Source: a virus
Taxonomy: Duplodnaviria > Caudoviricetes
IMG/VR virus record: IMGVR_UViG_3300042923_001831
Location: 1-50,008 of that record
Length of the DNA: 50,008 bases
Direction: 5' to 3' (one strand)
The notes beneath the pieces are model-generated. The model saw only the letters and a program-made list of their open reading frames with translations, was not told where the DNA came from and ran no database searches. A program made the translations under genes and the position numbers. Below, one piece after another: positions 17,001-26,422 of this stretch (positions within the stretch are counted from its first letter, which is position 1; each line of letters begins with the position of its first letter).

Positions 17001-19028
17001 TAAAATGGCCAATCCTGCTACCGTTAACCCAATTGGACCAGTAATGACTGCTAATGCACCCGAAAGAACTCCAGCAGCACCTCCAGCTATTCCAAAACCT
17101 GTGGCAATTGCTCCTAATCCTGTCACCGCACTACCCACTACGGAAAGTAGTATTCCTCCAACGGCAACTACTCCCAAAATAGCCGTTCCTACCGCTACTG
17201 TGGTAGCAATCGTTTTTTGTGTGGATCCATCTAGTGAATTCCATTTCTCTGTTAGATCAGTAATAATAACTGTTGCGCCTTTTATAGCCGGGGTAAGAGC
17301 TTCAGTAAATTTAATTTTTGCAGTTTCAAGAGCACCGCTCATTTCATCAACTGCGCCGGCTAAATTATCTTTCATTTTCTTTGCTGCTTCGGCAGATGCC
17401 CCTGCTGAATTCTGTAAAGCTACAGTCATCTTATCAATTTCAGTAGGTCCTGCTTCCATAAGCGACAACATTCCAGATACTGCTTCTGTTCCCACAAGAG
17501 ATGCAATGTTGGCTGCCTTTTGTGTATCAGTCATACCCTCCATAGATGTTTGGAAGTTTTTAATTAACTTTGTTAAACCAACAAAATTTCCTTCTGTGTC
17601 AGTTATCGTAATGCCCATTTTGGACATCAGTTGGGAATTTTCCTTTGAAGGTTCTAATAAACCTAACAAGGCACCACGTAGTGTTGTCCCAGCCTGTTCG
17701 CCTTTCATTCCAGCGTTAGTCATAATGCCAATTCCCGCTGATAGTTCTTCTAAACTAATACCTAATGCGGCAGCTGGCGGACCAGCATATTTTAAAGCGT
17801 ATTGCATATCCGTTAGATTGGCAGCGGAAATGTTAGCTGTTTTGGCAAGGATATCGGCAACATCATTTGCTTTGCTTGCTTCCATCCCAAAAATATTCAG
17901 TGTAGATGCCATGACCTCAGCGGTTTGCGCCATATCAGAACCCGATGCTTCAGCTGCTGAAATAACACCAGGCATTGCTCCGATGATTTCCTGTGCTGTA
18001 AAACCTAGCGTAGCTAACGCTTCTTGACCTTGAGCGATTTCGGTAGCACTTTTAGAAGTCGATGCACCTAAATCTAACGCTTGATCTTTTAATGCCTTGA
18101 GTTGCTCACCTGTAGCCTCAGAAATAGCACCTACTCGGCTTACTTGTTGGCCAAAATCCATCCCAACCCCGACAGCATTCTGCATCGCGTAGGTCATGGT
18201 TGCAAAACCTGCTCCAGCGGTCATTGCCATTGAACCGCCCACGGATTGCATTTTACTTCCGACGGAATCCATTTTTGAGGCGAAATCTCCCCATGAACGT
18301 CCCTGTTGAGATAACTCACTTTGTAATTTTTCTAACTTTTGAGTAGTTTGTGTGAGTTCATTTTGCATTCCATTTAGACTAGCTTTTGCTTCATCCAATC
18401 GAATAGACATTTGCTTTGTTTCAGCTGAATCCTGTCCCTTTGCTTCAACTAATCGATTATATTCATCCTCAAGACGACTAACTAACTGGCGCTGCAGCTC
18501 CATTTTTTGATTGAAAGATTGTATTTCTATGCCCGCTTGCTTAATTTCGTCACCAAAGTTTTCTGATGAGGTCGCTATAACTTTAAACTCAGAATCTATT
18601 TTCCTCATTGCCAGAGATAAAGCGCCTAGATCTCTTTGAAATTCACTGGTGCTTTGATTCTCTTTAAACTGATTCATCTTCTGAGTTGTCTGTGTTAGCT
18701 CATTTTGCATCTTATTAAGCTGAGTGTTTGCAAAATTCAATTGAATTGCGAGATTTTGAGTCTCTTTTGAATCTAATCCTTTTTGAAGGACAGAATCTTC
18801 ATAGGCTTTTTTTAATTGCGCTACCTTTTGTTGTTGCAATTCCATTTGTTTATTGAGGGATTGTATATTAACTTCAGATTGTCTTAGCTCATTTCCCCAA
18901 ACGCCGACACTTGTTTTAGTTGCTTCAAATTCGGATTTTACAATCTTCATTTGTTTGGCAACCGAACTCATCTCATTACGGAATTCTGTGGAATTAGAGT
19001 ACAGCTTGACACGAATGTCTTTAGCCAC
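14004..19028 (-). CDS. Tail tape measure protein (TP901-family core)
   Basis: 1674 aa, coiled-coil ends, 'GMKGEQAGTTLR' core, hydrophobic segment, 'IRSPS' motifs. Confidence 0.95.
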   Translation of the reverse strand: MAKDIRVKLYSNSTEFRNEMSSVAKQMKIVKSEFEATKTSVGVWGNELRQSEVNIQSLNKQMELQQQKVAQLKKAYEDSVLQKGLDSKETQNLAIQLNFANTQLNKMQNELTQTTQKMNQFKENQSTSEFQRDLGALSLAMRKIDSEFKVIATSSENFGDEIKQAGIEIQSFNQKMELQRQLVSRLEDEYNRLVEAKGQDSAETKQMSIRLDEAKASLNGMQNELTQTTQKLEKLQSELSQQGRSWGDFASKMDSVGSKMQSVGGSMAMTAGAGFATMTYAMQNAVGVGMDFGQQVSRVGAISEATGEQLKALKDQALDLGASTSKSATEIAQGQEALATLGFTAQEIIGAMPGVISAAEASGSDMAQTAEVMASTLNIFGMEASKANDVADILAKTANISAANLTDMQYALKYAGPPAAALGISLEELSAGIGIMTNAGMKGEQAGTTLRGALLGLLEPSKENSQLMSKMGITITDTEGNFVGLTKLIKNFQTSMEGMTDTQKAANIASLVGTEAVSGMLSLMEAGPTEIDKMTVALQNSAGASAEAAKKMKDNLAGAVDEMSGALETAKIKFTEALTPAIKGATVIITDLTEKWNSLDGSTQKTIATTVAVGTAILGVVAVGGILLSVVGSAVTGLGAIATGFGIAGGAAGVLSGALAVITGPIGLTVAGLAILGVAAYKVSKELKKPSLEAQLFGDGVSKSTQKAVSGFLKLNEKATESLNQLNWSGTTVTKATADNIVKNFEQMSDQMLAGMKKKHEQELATMNQFFSNSKLLSEKDKQDAIAKMNEKYEQQTNAVNNGENIIKEIMAKASNEKRSLTEAEKTQINLIQEGMVNNGIKYLSKNELESKSILERMKAQAGSISASQAADVVENSQKQTQGAIKAANEQYDKTVQEIIRQRDEVGSISAEQANIMILDAKMQRDSVVNHAEGMHKKVVSEAKKQAGEHADHVNWEKGEVLSKWEMMKKDTSKKVSEIKTAVSNKWEEIKEDTSEKWEEIKAWPGKKIDEMNTSLSKKMEEVRSNFEGKWQEAETFLKSVDLKQVGIDIISGLLGGLNFGAVKEKVEELANSIPDWMKKVLIIRSPSKKLEKEVGEHIPTGVAKGISNKASVVQQTAQQVAASAKKGFETEFKKIDYKLDAKKISAADAIKELEKLKTEYKTVPNAVERANKAIYEINKKHNKELEELRKQQFEREKTRIEQRKYFNQLSLTQELKLYEDYIKKYKVGSEERLFYEREVYRVKQELHKEQFDKEKELIEQKKYYNELSLTQELRMYENNLKKYKLGSEERMFYEREIYRVKQEINLKLIAINEEYTNKISEANNRLIEEEKRLTNEYNQTLDSRTKSLYSFSGIFDEVTKKSEVSGQQLIENLKSQVTTFEEWSKNIATLASKGIDKGLLEELRAMGPSAATEIAALNTLSDQQLQDYVNLWKSKNNLARTEAVNELQGLQTDTQTKITELRTQTQTDLELYKNEWIAKIKEIRKGTTTQFDMKTSLSAIGRDSIQGLIDGMKEMEEPLKRQAQALANTVPISIQKTLDIRSPSRRTKKLGVFVPAGLAEGIKENMGSVIDAAKQMALASIPDLPSMAFTIGGAANAIRDNKGTLTVTNIIQSPNLEDKLEKLLGLFEKFINISPQVSSPEGTKIEVKVYDNHFADGNEAGSKIETALRRLGL

Positions 19029-19041
19029 GTTTTTTCACCTC

Positions 19042-19541
19042 CTATCCAAGAATTTGGTCGATGTATACCGCTTCTTTTTCCTGCTTCTCTGCTTTTCTGC
19101 GTGCTAAAAGCTGTAGATGGTATACAATGTCCATCTCATCTATTTGATTTTGCGTGAAGCCAATCTCTATTAACGCGTTGTACATATCGAGGACCGCTTC
19201 GCGCAATGTTAGTTTTTTGGGTCTTGGTTACCTTCCCCATCTGATAGCAACTTACTTGCTTGTTCGATATTCCCAATGACATAATTGACAGTCGCATAAA
19301 CTGTTTTTAGTAATTTACGAGAATCAATTCCATTTTCGAATTGATTAATATCAAATTGATTTCCAAATGCATCACAAACAAATTGCATTTGATTGTCTAA
19401 ATCTAGATTCCCCCCTGCTTTTCCTTCAAAATTGTCAGCGATTTCTGATGCTTTTCTGAACAATTTACCAGGAATAAAGGACGGGGAAACATAACGTTTT
19501 TCTTCATTTTCAATAATCAATACAATAGTCATGGAATTCAT
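19042..19541 (-). CDS. Tail assembly chaperone gpGT via -1 frameshift
   Basis: Slippery CCCAAAAAAC (19221-19212) just before the gpG stop; -1 frame open: KKLTLREAVLDMYNALIEIGFTQNQIDEMDIVYHLQLL...YIDQILG*. Confidence 0.85.
19209..19541 (-). CDS. Tail assembly chaperone gpG
   Basis: Between tail tube and tape measure; 'FGNQFDINQFENGIDS'. Confidence 0.88.
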   Translation of the reverse strand: MNSMTIVLIIENEEKRYVSPSFIPGKLFRKASEIADNFEGKAGGNLDLDNQMQFVCDAFGNQFDINQFENGIDSRKLLKTVYATVNYVIGNIEQASKLLSDGEGNQDPKN

Positions 19542-19565
19542 TTCTGATTTCCTCCTTAGATTTTT

Positions 19566-19600
19566 AAAATAAAAAAGAGAGAGAATTTAATCTCTCTCTT
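19566..19600 (-). terminator. Terminator after major tail gene
   Basis: AAGAGAGAGA-TTAAAT-TCTCTCTCTT-TTTT. Confidence 0.75.
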
Positions 19601-19607
19601 AAACGAA

Positions 19608-20183
19608 TTAAACAGTTGGTGTTAGTACAGAACCTGCGTAGACAACCTTTTCAAACCACTTTCCACCTTGAGTAAAGCTCGTGCCATCCTCCGCCTGTCC
19701 TTTCCAACGACCATTATATTGAAGTGGCATGAATTTCAATTTTAGCTTTGCTGTTTGCGGTGCTGGTTTTCCTTCCTCCGTTTTTCCTTCCACTGGTAAG
19801 AGCTCTGGTTTTCCTTTTAAAAACCAGTAGTAGCGATAACCGCCTGTGGAAAGTCTTGAACGAAATCCAAGTGCAAGTTCAATGGTTTTATCGTTAATAG
19901 ATGCAAATTGAACACCGTTTTCCTCTGTATGGCCAAAGATTTTCTTTTGTAGCGCAAGTGGAAGGTCTGTAGCTTCAATTTCAACATCAATGTCTCCAAG
20001 TGTATTTAATACTGCGTATGAACTGTTGTCAGCCCATACAGTTTCACTTTCTGTTTTTGGATCCACTTTGACATTTACTGCACCTGGTAATTTTTCAGGT
20101 GCTGCATAAGTAACGCTGGTCGCGTCATCTTCTGTTAATTCCGCGATATGGAACATATCTAATCCTGTAAGTACTTTTGTCAC
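19608..20183 (-). CDS. Major tail protein (phi13 family)
   Basis: 'WADN', 'ALGFRS', 'YRYYWFLKGK', 'WFEKV'. Confidence 0.92.
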   Translation of the reverse strand: MTKVLTGLDMFHIAELTEDDATSVTYAAPEKLPGAVNVKVDPKTESETVWADNSSYAVLNTLGDIDVEIEATDLPLALQKKIFGHTEENGVQFASINDKTIELALGFRSRLSTGGYRYYWFLKGKPELLPVEGKTEEGKPAPQTAKLKLKFMPLQYNGRWKGQAEDGTSFTQGGKWFEKVVYAGSVLTPTV

Positions 20184-20563
20184 GAAATTTCCTCCTCGTA
20201 AAATGTTTTTTGGTATCTCATTGGTTTATGAAAGACTTTAGTATCTTCTTCGTATATATCGGTAGAATCATAACGTGTATAACCTAGCGATTTCATAGTT
20301 TTATCCACTTCTTTCGCTATCGGGGTTTGAGAAGAGATATTCTCTTCAGTATTAAAAATACTAATTTGGAATTGAACTTCAGCCGAAATGGAAACATTGT
20401 CTGCAAAATCGTCATCAGCATTACCAATCTCTGAATATACGATTCTAGGGAAGGCGTTAACATCATTCGCTCTTAAATTATGGAACCCACCAGTACATAA
20501 GGAGACAAGCCTTGGATTAGCTTTTAATGCTGCTAGTAGCTCACTTTTCGCATCAAAACTCAT
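20180..20563 (-). CDS. Tail completion/terminator protein
   Basis: 'FPRIVYSEI', 'FQISIF', 'YEEDTKVFHKPMRY'; synteny. Confidence 0.8.
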   Translation of the reverse strand: MSFDAKSELLAALKANPRLVSLCTGGFHNLRANDVNAFPRIVYSEIGNADDDFADNVSISAEVQFQISIFNTEENISSQTPIAKEVDKTMKSLGYTRYDSTDIYEEDTKVFHKPMRYQKTFYEEEIS

Positions 20564-20946
20564 GAATCAATCGCATCCAAATAGACTTTTTCCATCGCGG
20601 AAACAGCCTCATTTTCACCCGAATTAACACCTTTTTCTATAAATGGGCGAGGAGACATTTTGGAAGTGCCGTATTCAAGAAACTTAGCCCTCCAAGCAAC
20701 CTTTTTATTAGGTCCAACCGCTACATACTTCTCGCCATCTTTAGACTCAAGAGGGCGAGATACAGTGATATTATCCTGGATATGAGGATGGTCCTTTTCA
20801 CTTCGATCAACGTGTTCCCTTTGGTGTTTAGCGATGATTTCTCCTCCAACTTTCAGAGCTTTAGAATCTACTTTTTCTATATCCTTACCTATGTTTTCGA
20901 AAAGGTCTTCCAATTCATCAAATCCTTCGAAATCCATTCTAGCCAT
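20560..20946 (-). CDS. HK97 gp10-family neck protein
   Basis: 'KFLEYGTSKMSPRPF'. Confidence 0.9.
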   Translation of the reverse strand: MARMDFEGFDELEDLFENIGKDIEKVDSKALKVGGEIIAKHQREHVDRSEKDHPHIQDNITVSRPLESKDGEKYVAVGPNKKVAWRAKFLEYGTSKMSPRPFIEKGVNSGENEAVSAMEKVYLDAIDS

Positions 20947-21277
20947 TGATCTCAACCTCATTGCACATGATTTCGTAATAAGCTTTTGAATTCTTTGCTA
21001 AGTCAAAATCAAGAACGTCAAATATGCGACCTTTATAAACAGCCCGCATATCGTGAGTTAAGTTTTTGTTTAATCGAATTGAAATTTTTTTAGGCGATTT
21101 AACCCCTAATGTGCCAGCAACCACTACTTCTGAGTTTCTCATGCTTAAAATCCCATCGATTGCTCCCCAAACCGTAAAGGCATTCTCCCAACCAATTTCT
21201 ATCCAGTTCCCCTCGGCATCCTGGCCCCTCAATTTCTTTTGGAAAGTGATCCGCTTATTCAGTTTGTTCTGGTTCAT
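20939..21277 (-). CDS. Head closure (head-tail joining) protein
   Basis: 'LNKRITFQ', 'TVWGAI', 'DMRAVYKGRIFDV'. Confidence 0.85.
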   Translation of the reverse strand: MNQNKLNKRITFQKKLRGQDAEGNWIEIGWENAFTVWGAIDGILSMRNSEVVVAGTLGVKSPKKISIRLNKNLTHDMRAVYKGRIFDVLDFDLAKNSKAYYEIMCNEVEING

Positions 21278-21470
21278 TTTTCTTATCCTTTGCAGCTGTT
21301 GGTTTTTCCTTTGTAGGTTTCTTAGGTTCTTCTTTAGGCTTTTTCAGAAAACCTAATTTGATAAGTTCCTGAGCTCTTTCCTCGTTGGAAGTCTCATATT
21401 CGGAACCTTTTGCGTGGAATTTTTCCGTATTTTTATCATTAAAATCGTCCAAAACTAAGTATTTTTTCAT
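21255..21470 (-). CDS. Small basic head-region protein
   Basis: 'VLDDFNDK...ERAQELIKLGFL' common among Firmicutes siphovirus neck genes. Confidence 0.6.
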   Translation of the reverse strand: MKKYLVLDDFNDKNTEKFHAKGSEYETSNEERAQELIKLGFLKKPKEEPKKPTKEKPTAAKDKKNEPEQTE

Positions 21471-21742
21471 AAAATTTCACCTCCAAAGCTTTTTATTTTT
21501 AGAATTATCGATTGTAAGGAATTATTGAGGGCAACGACATTTAACGACTTATCATAGTTTTCGTGATTCAAAATGGAATAAATAATTACCGCCCTTTTAT
21601 AAAGAGCGGTTTCTTTCCCAGTCGTTTGTCTAGGTACTCCGGATGCTTCTAAGTCTTCTATAGCTGCATCAATAAGTAATTGAACGTCTGTGTCTGCCTC
21701 ATCCCCGTCGATTTTCAGGGCATTTTTAACAAAATTGAGCAT
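21467..21742 (-). CDS. Head-tail connector (gp6-like)
   Basis: 'VKNALKIDGDEAD...LLIDAA'. Confidence 0.85.
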   Translation of the reverse strand: MLNFVKNALKIDGDEADTDVQLLIDAAIEDLEASGVPRQTTGKETALYKRAVIIYSILNHENYDKSLNVVALNNSLQSIILKIKSFGGEIL

Positions 21743-21759
21743 AATTTATGCCCCTTCCT

Positions 21760-22911
21760 TTACACAGTCGGAGCAACTTTAGCAATACGGAAAGCCGATT
21801 TAAGTTTAATTTGGTGATCAACCCAAGCTGTGACTACGAATTGCTCGATACCTGTTTTTACATCTTTGTCTCGATCAAATAATGCTTCTAAATCATAGTT
21901 GAAGTGAGAGTATCCGTAGTCACCTACAATTGGATCTACTGCGGAATCACAAAATTCTACTGGTTTACCTAGAACTTGTTCTGGTTGAGCTGTATAAAGA
22001 GTAGCATTACCGTTAGCAAGTACCTCGATGATGTCGGAGTAATCTTGATAACGCATAACAATCGTTGCGTTTTCACGATAATCTTCATGAAGAGATGCGA
22101 TGGCATTCTTAATAGCTTTATATTTTGTATCACCTGTTACTTCCGTTACGCCAGCAGAATAAAATGACATGTGCTCTTCTCCAACTTTTGGTGTTTTGGT
22201 AAATGCAATTTTCTTTTCTTTTGCCGCTACCCCGGACTGTAAAGCATTCTCTACATAAGTAACAAGATTTACATCTGATCCATTAAGTACAGTCTCAGAA
22301 ACACCAGCAAATACCTTGAATTTATGACGACCAAAGGATACTGTATCCCCGGATGCCTTTAGCTCCTTCGCAGTTTCAGTATCTGCGATAAAATCATCGT
22401 CATCTAATGTAAAGCTTAATTTCGGAATTTCTAAATTTGTAATTTGTGTAACGGTTGAAAGATTGCGAAGTGGATTTTTAACTGATGGTTCAACCAAAAT
22501 ATCCGTAGAAACAGTTTTTGGTAAGAATTTGTTTCCACCAGTTGTACCGTTATCTCCAAGCGCTTGGAATACATCTGTGGAAACAGACTTTTGATGCATT
22601 GTTGAACGAATTAACTCCGCTTTTGCTTTTACCACTTTTTGCTTAGGATCATTTTCATTAGCTAACCCTAGAGTTAGGTTCTGTTGTTGTAGCGCGAATT
22701 GTTGTTTTTGTTCAGCTTCCTTGGTGTCATGCTGATCTTTAATTACATCAAAGCGCTGCTGTAAATCTTTCTTTGACTGTTGTAATTGTGTAATCTCATC
22801 CATCGTCGCCTTAGGATCCACCGCTTTTTGGGACAAATCATTTTCAACCTTTTGTAACTGCTGACCGATTGTTAGTAAATCTTGCTTTAATTCAAATAGT
22901 GTTTTCTTCAT
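21760..22911 (-). CDS. Major capsid protein, HK97 family
   Basis: N-terminal coiled-coil delta domain; 'GGNKFLP', 'VLGKPVEF', 'SAFRIAKV'. Confidence 0.95.
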   Translation of the reverse strand: MKKTLFELKQDLLTIGQQLQKVENDLSQKAVDPKATMDEITQLQQSKKDLQQRFDVIKDQHDTKEAEQKQQFALQQQNLTLGLANENDPKQKVVKAKAELIRSTMHQKSVSTDVFQALGDNGTTGGNKFLPKTVSTDILVEPSVKNPLRNLSTVTQITNLEIPKLSFTLDDDDFIADTETAKELKASGDTVSFGRHKFKVFAGVSETVLNGSDVNLVTYVENALQSGVAAKEKKIAFTKTPKVGEEHMSFYSAGVTEVTGDTKYKAIKNAIASLHEDYRENATIVMRYQDYSDIIEVLANGNATLYTAQPEQVLGKPVEFCDSAVDPIVGDYGYSHFNYDLEALFDRDKDVKTGIEQFVVTAWVDHQIKLKSAFRIAKVAPTV

Positions 22912-23681
22912 TGAGTTATTCCTCCTAAAATAGTTTTTAAATAATCTAAGTTTGCTATTGATTCAGAAGCTATCTTTTTACGTTGTTCCATCTCTTTGAT
23001 ATCTACATGTGAATTTTGCTGCACATTTAATAGTTGTTCTGGTACATCTTTGTAGTGACTTAGCAGCTCTACATCTGCACAAGCGATGGCATCTTTGGTT
23101 TCTTCGATAACAGTGATGTTAAATAACTCTGTAGCCTCATCAGCATCAAGCCAATTGTCTTTACCATTTAGTAGTTCCTGTAGCTTTTCCTCTGTTAATG
23201 CTTCAGTCCCTTTGCCCAAGTATGCAGGTTTACAAGTTTTCGCTTCGGTTTTATCCAACCAGTCTGCTTGTTCGCGACAATCTACAGCATTAGCACCCCA
23301 CAGCGATATCATAGGTTTATGAATCATAAGGAACGTATTTTTGTACATGTAGATGTTGTCGGCAACCATGATTAAAAAGGATGCTGCACTTGCAGCGATA
23401 CCATCAACATAAGCATTAATAGTCATTCGACTTTTAATCCTATTTAACTGATTTATCATTGCGATGGTAGTAAACACAGAACCGCCAGGAGAGTTGACAT
23501 ATATGTTTAAGGTCTTAACTGTTTTGGGCAAGCTATCCAATGCCTGCTGAAACTCCGTAATGGTTACATCTGTTTCATTCCATTTATAACCACTAATAAT
23601 TGCTCCATAAATAAAAAGATCAGCTGACTTTTCATCCGCTGATGCTTTCATTTCCCAATATTTATTCAGTTTTTTGTCCAT
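22908..23681 (-). CDS. ClpP-like prohead protease
   Basis: 'VNSPGGSV', 'DGIAASAAS', 'MIHKP'. Confidence 0.95.
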   Translation of the reverse strand: MDKKLNKYWEMKASADEKSADLFIYGAIISGYKWNETDVTITEFQQALDSLPKTVKTLNIYVNSPGGSVFTTIAMINQLNRIKSRMTINAYVDGIAASAASFLIMVADNIYMYKNTFLMIHKPMISLWGANAVDCREQADWLDKTEAKTCKPAYLGKGTEALTEEKLQELLNGKDNWLDADEATELFNITVIEETKDAIACADVELLSHYKDVPEQLLNVQQNSHVDIKEMEQRKKIASESIANLDYLKTILGGITQ

Positions 23682-24873
23682 TCTCTTTCACCCCCTTTCG
23701 TAGCGAGACATCCATATCAATTGGATAAAGATCACCGGATATCCAGAGTTCTTCCGCTTTACCTCCTTTCGGTGGCAAATCTTCTAATCTTCTAACCTCA
23801 TCAGGAGACATTCCAGCGCTTCTAAGCATAACTTGATAGAATTGCGTTCTAGCAGCAGTATCACCTCTTAGAAGACCACCTAGGCTGAATTTAAAGTAGT
23901 ATCCTGCTTTTCTTTCATGTGGATTAAGGAACTTCCGGTTTAATTCTTGTTCATATTGCCTTACGGTAGGTGTTAATGACATCTGAACGAATTGGATCAT
24001 CATCTGCTCATTGCTAGAAAACCCCGTACCTTCTGAATCGTTTAAAAAAGAAACAGGAACATTGTACACATTGGCCACTCGTGAACGAGTTATCTTTTCG
24101 GATGCCAATGTGTCAGATGCAAAGTATTTTCTGTCGAGATCCGTCACCTTTACACCTGGTTCCTGAAACAAAATACCACCGTTTTCTTGATAAAATCTTT
24201 TAAAATCGTCGATAATTCGTTGTCGCTTTTCCTTATCAACGTTCGCCCCATACTCCAAGATAAAACTATCTTTCTTCTGCATTTCAGAAAGGCTAAACTC
24301 TTGAACGGCTTTATCGTACTCGAGTGTATTTTTTAAAACACTTATCGGATTTATCCCAGCCCATCTATTAGTACCAGAAATATGCTTAACGTGGAAAATG
24401 TTCATGTTGTGGAAATAGTAGGTGCCGTCATTCCCTGTCACCTTGTACCACAATTCGCCGTCATCATTGTTTAGAAAAGGGGTTACATAACTAGAATCAA
24501 TCGGCAAAAACTTCTCGGGTTGCATCCGGATGTCTCTTGTAATAACAGCATACCCATTACCTGTCTCATTTCTTGAAACCTCAATTTTATTGAAAGCTTC
24601 AAAGCTAGTCATATTAGAATTTGGCTCGTTTATAATCACATCTGCTGCTTGATTCATTTTCATATCGTAATTTTGATACAACTTGATTGGTAGCGAGGAG
24701 AATGTATTGGACAATCTACTAATCACGCTGAATATCGTTTCGTTCGTTGCTAATTTACTATTATCAATGCCCCAAAACCTTCGACCTTCCCAACTGGAAA
24801 ATTCGAATCCGTTTCCGCTCCATCCAGCAACAGCTGCCTTGACAGCATATTTTAATCGGCTATACCATTTCAA
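23662..24873 (-). CDS. Portal protein, HK97 family
   Basis: 'GNGYAVI', 'IFHVKH', 'EVRRLEDLPP'; likely TTG start at 24873 with GGTGGTG RBS. Confidence 0.93.
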   Translation of the reverse strand: MKWYSRLKYAVKAAVAGWSGNGFEFSSWEGRRFWGIDNSKLATNETIFSVISRLSNTFSSLPIKLYQNYDMKMNQAADVIINEPNSNMTSFEAFNKIEVSRNETGNGYAVITRDIRMQPEKFLPIDSSYVTPFLNNDDGELWYKVTGNDGTYYFHNMNIFHVKHISGTNRWAGINPISVLKNTLEYDKAVQEFSLSEMQKKDSFILEYGANVDKEKRQRIIDDFKRFYQENGGILFQEPGVKVTDLDRKYFASDTLASEKITRSRVANVYNVPVSFLNDSEGTGFSSNEQMMIQFVQMSLTPTVRQYEQELNRKFLNPHERKAGYYFKFSLGGLLRGDTAARTQFYQVMLRSAGMSPDEVRRLEDLPPKGGKAEELWISGDLYPIDMDVSLRKGVKENGQKTE

Positions 24874-25268
24874 TTTCTCACCACCTTCATTTATTGGCTC
24901 TATTAAACGATACTGTTGATATTTCATAAAAAGAAAAAGAACCCATTAATGAGTTCTTCTTTCTGGTAACTCTGCAACTATATCATCCGTTAGTTTAGGC
25001 ACATTCTTTCACATTCTGCTTGATACAATGGAACTAAAATGGCGATTCCTCGTTCAAAGAATTGCAATCGAAAATCAAATGCTAAATAGAAATTTTTTCA
25101 ATAATTATCTTTGCACTTTCATCAAGTTTGGAAGGTAATTCATTGAGGGTGAATATTTTAAATCCAAAATTCAACCGTCATTCATAGCTAACTCACCACT
25201 TGTTTCTTCTGCTAAAACATTGAAATATGTTAGCTTTTTCTATGGATATCATTACTGAATAGGCAAAT

Positions 25269-25322
25269 ACTAACACTAATACTAATACTAATACTAATAC
25301 TAATACTAATACTAATACTAAT
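25269..25322 (+). repeat. (ACTAAT)8 microsatellite plus one variant unit
   Basis: Eight perfect copies at 25275-25322, ACTAAC at 25269. Confidence 0.95.
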
Positions 25323-25360
25323 CCAAGACTTCGCAGTCTGGAAAAAAGGGCAGTGATTTC

Positions 25361-25543
25361 ATGAAGAAATTTATTGTACTAATGCATTTAATTTCAGGTA
25401 CTTTTGCAGCTTCCTTCGTTTTACACTTTGTTAGGAAAAACTCATCCGAACACAGAAGAATTCTGACATCTGTTATAGGAACTCAACTTCTATCGTGGGT
25501 ATTTCTTTTTATTACCTCTATGAAAGAAAAAGCGAAATCTTAA
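25361..25543 (+). CDS. Small two-TM membrane protein (moron)
   Basis: Two hydrophobic segments; terminator AAAAGCGAAATCTT-AAGATTTCGCTTTT overlaps the stop. Confidence 0.55.
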   Translation: MKKFIVLMHLISGTFAASFVLHFVRKNSSEHRRILTSVIGTQLLSWVFLFITSMKEKAKS

Positions 25544-25755
25544 AGATTTCGCTTTTTTTACGCCATTTAAGCTATCCTTTAGTTCCTTAAGGATTATTCA
25601 TTTATTTTATTATATGCTAAGAGAATTTCCGAATGAAAAGGCCGATATTTCTACGAAGTGGAAGTATTGGCTAAAATTAAAAATAGATTTTAAATTAATG
25701 TTTATCCATATTATTTAGATTTCTTGTGTACTTATGGTTTATCAAGAAAACATGA

Positions 25756-26226
25756 TTACGTTTGGTCTTTTCTAATGAACTTTAAATGCCATGGTAAGTA
25801 AAAAGCATACGCAACAAAGTGAATGGGAGTTGAATACCAGTGATTATAACCTTTCATTAATCCCACTTTAGTTGTTAGCCATTCAAGTATTAGTGACAAA
25901 ATGACAAAGAAGATAACCAAGAACCATTTCTTATCTTGTTTATATAAGTTTAAATATATAACTGATAAACATGAGGGTATGATTCCAAATAGGGTAAGCT
26001 CGGGTAATCCTTCCTTTTGTGGATTTCCTATATCGAAAATGTCAAATGGAACTGCTATTGTCATATCAACCATCCAAAGGATATAACCAACTACACCAAA
26101 AGTTATATAAATTTCTTTCCAGTTTATTCGTTTCTTAGACATGAAAAAAACAATTAAAAGTAGAATTACACTAAGAATTGCTGGATACCACCAGCCTTGA
26201 TTCAAAGAAAAGTCTGGCTGATTCAT
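25756..26226 (-). CDS. Multi-pass membrane protein (CBO0543-like)
   Basis: About 5 TM segments, 'IYLN', 'LILEW'; AAGGGGG RBS; similar to 33109..33555. Confidence 0.6.
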   Translation of the reverse strand: MNQPDFSLNQGWWYPAILSVILLLIVFFMSKKRINWKEIYITFGVVGYILWMVDMTIAVPFDIFDIGNPQKEGLPELTLFGIIPSCLSVIYLNLYKQDKKWFLVIFFVILSLILEWLTTKVGLMKGYNHWYSTPIHFVAYAFYLPWHLKFIRKDQT

Positions 26227-26422
26227 AATAATCCCCCTTTTTCTTATTGTTACTCACTAATAATTAATTATTCATATTTATTGAAGGTAACCATACACTA
26301 TGGGGGGATCTCTTCATTCCATGAATATTAAGGCCTAATGAATGTGTATCTTAGGTGTTAGGAACTTTTCCTCCTTGAACATGTCCCTTTCCATCCACAC
26401 AATAAACTACAGTCCTTCTTTC

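Noticed and set aside
14197-19157. Plus-strand ORFs within the tape measure gene, including 340 aa
   Set aside because: Antisense shadows from codon bias
24930-25200. Protein-coding gene upstream of portal
   Set aside because: RBS-like GGTGAG present, but the frames examined have multiple stops; at most an unidentifiable remnant
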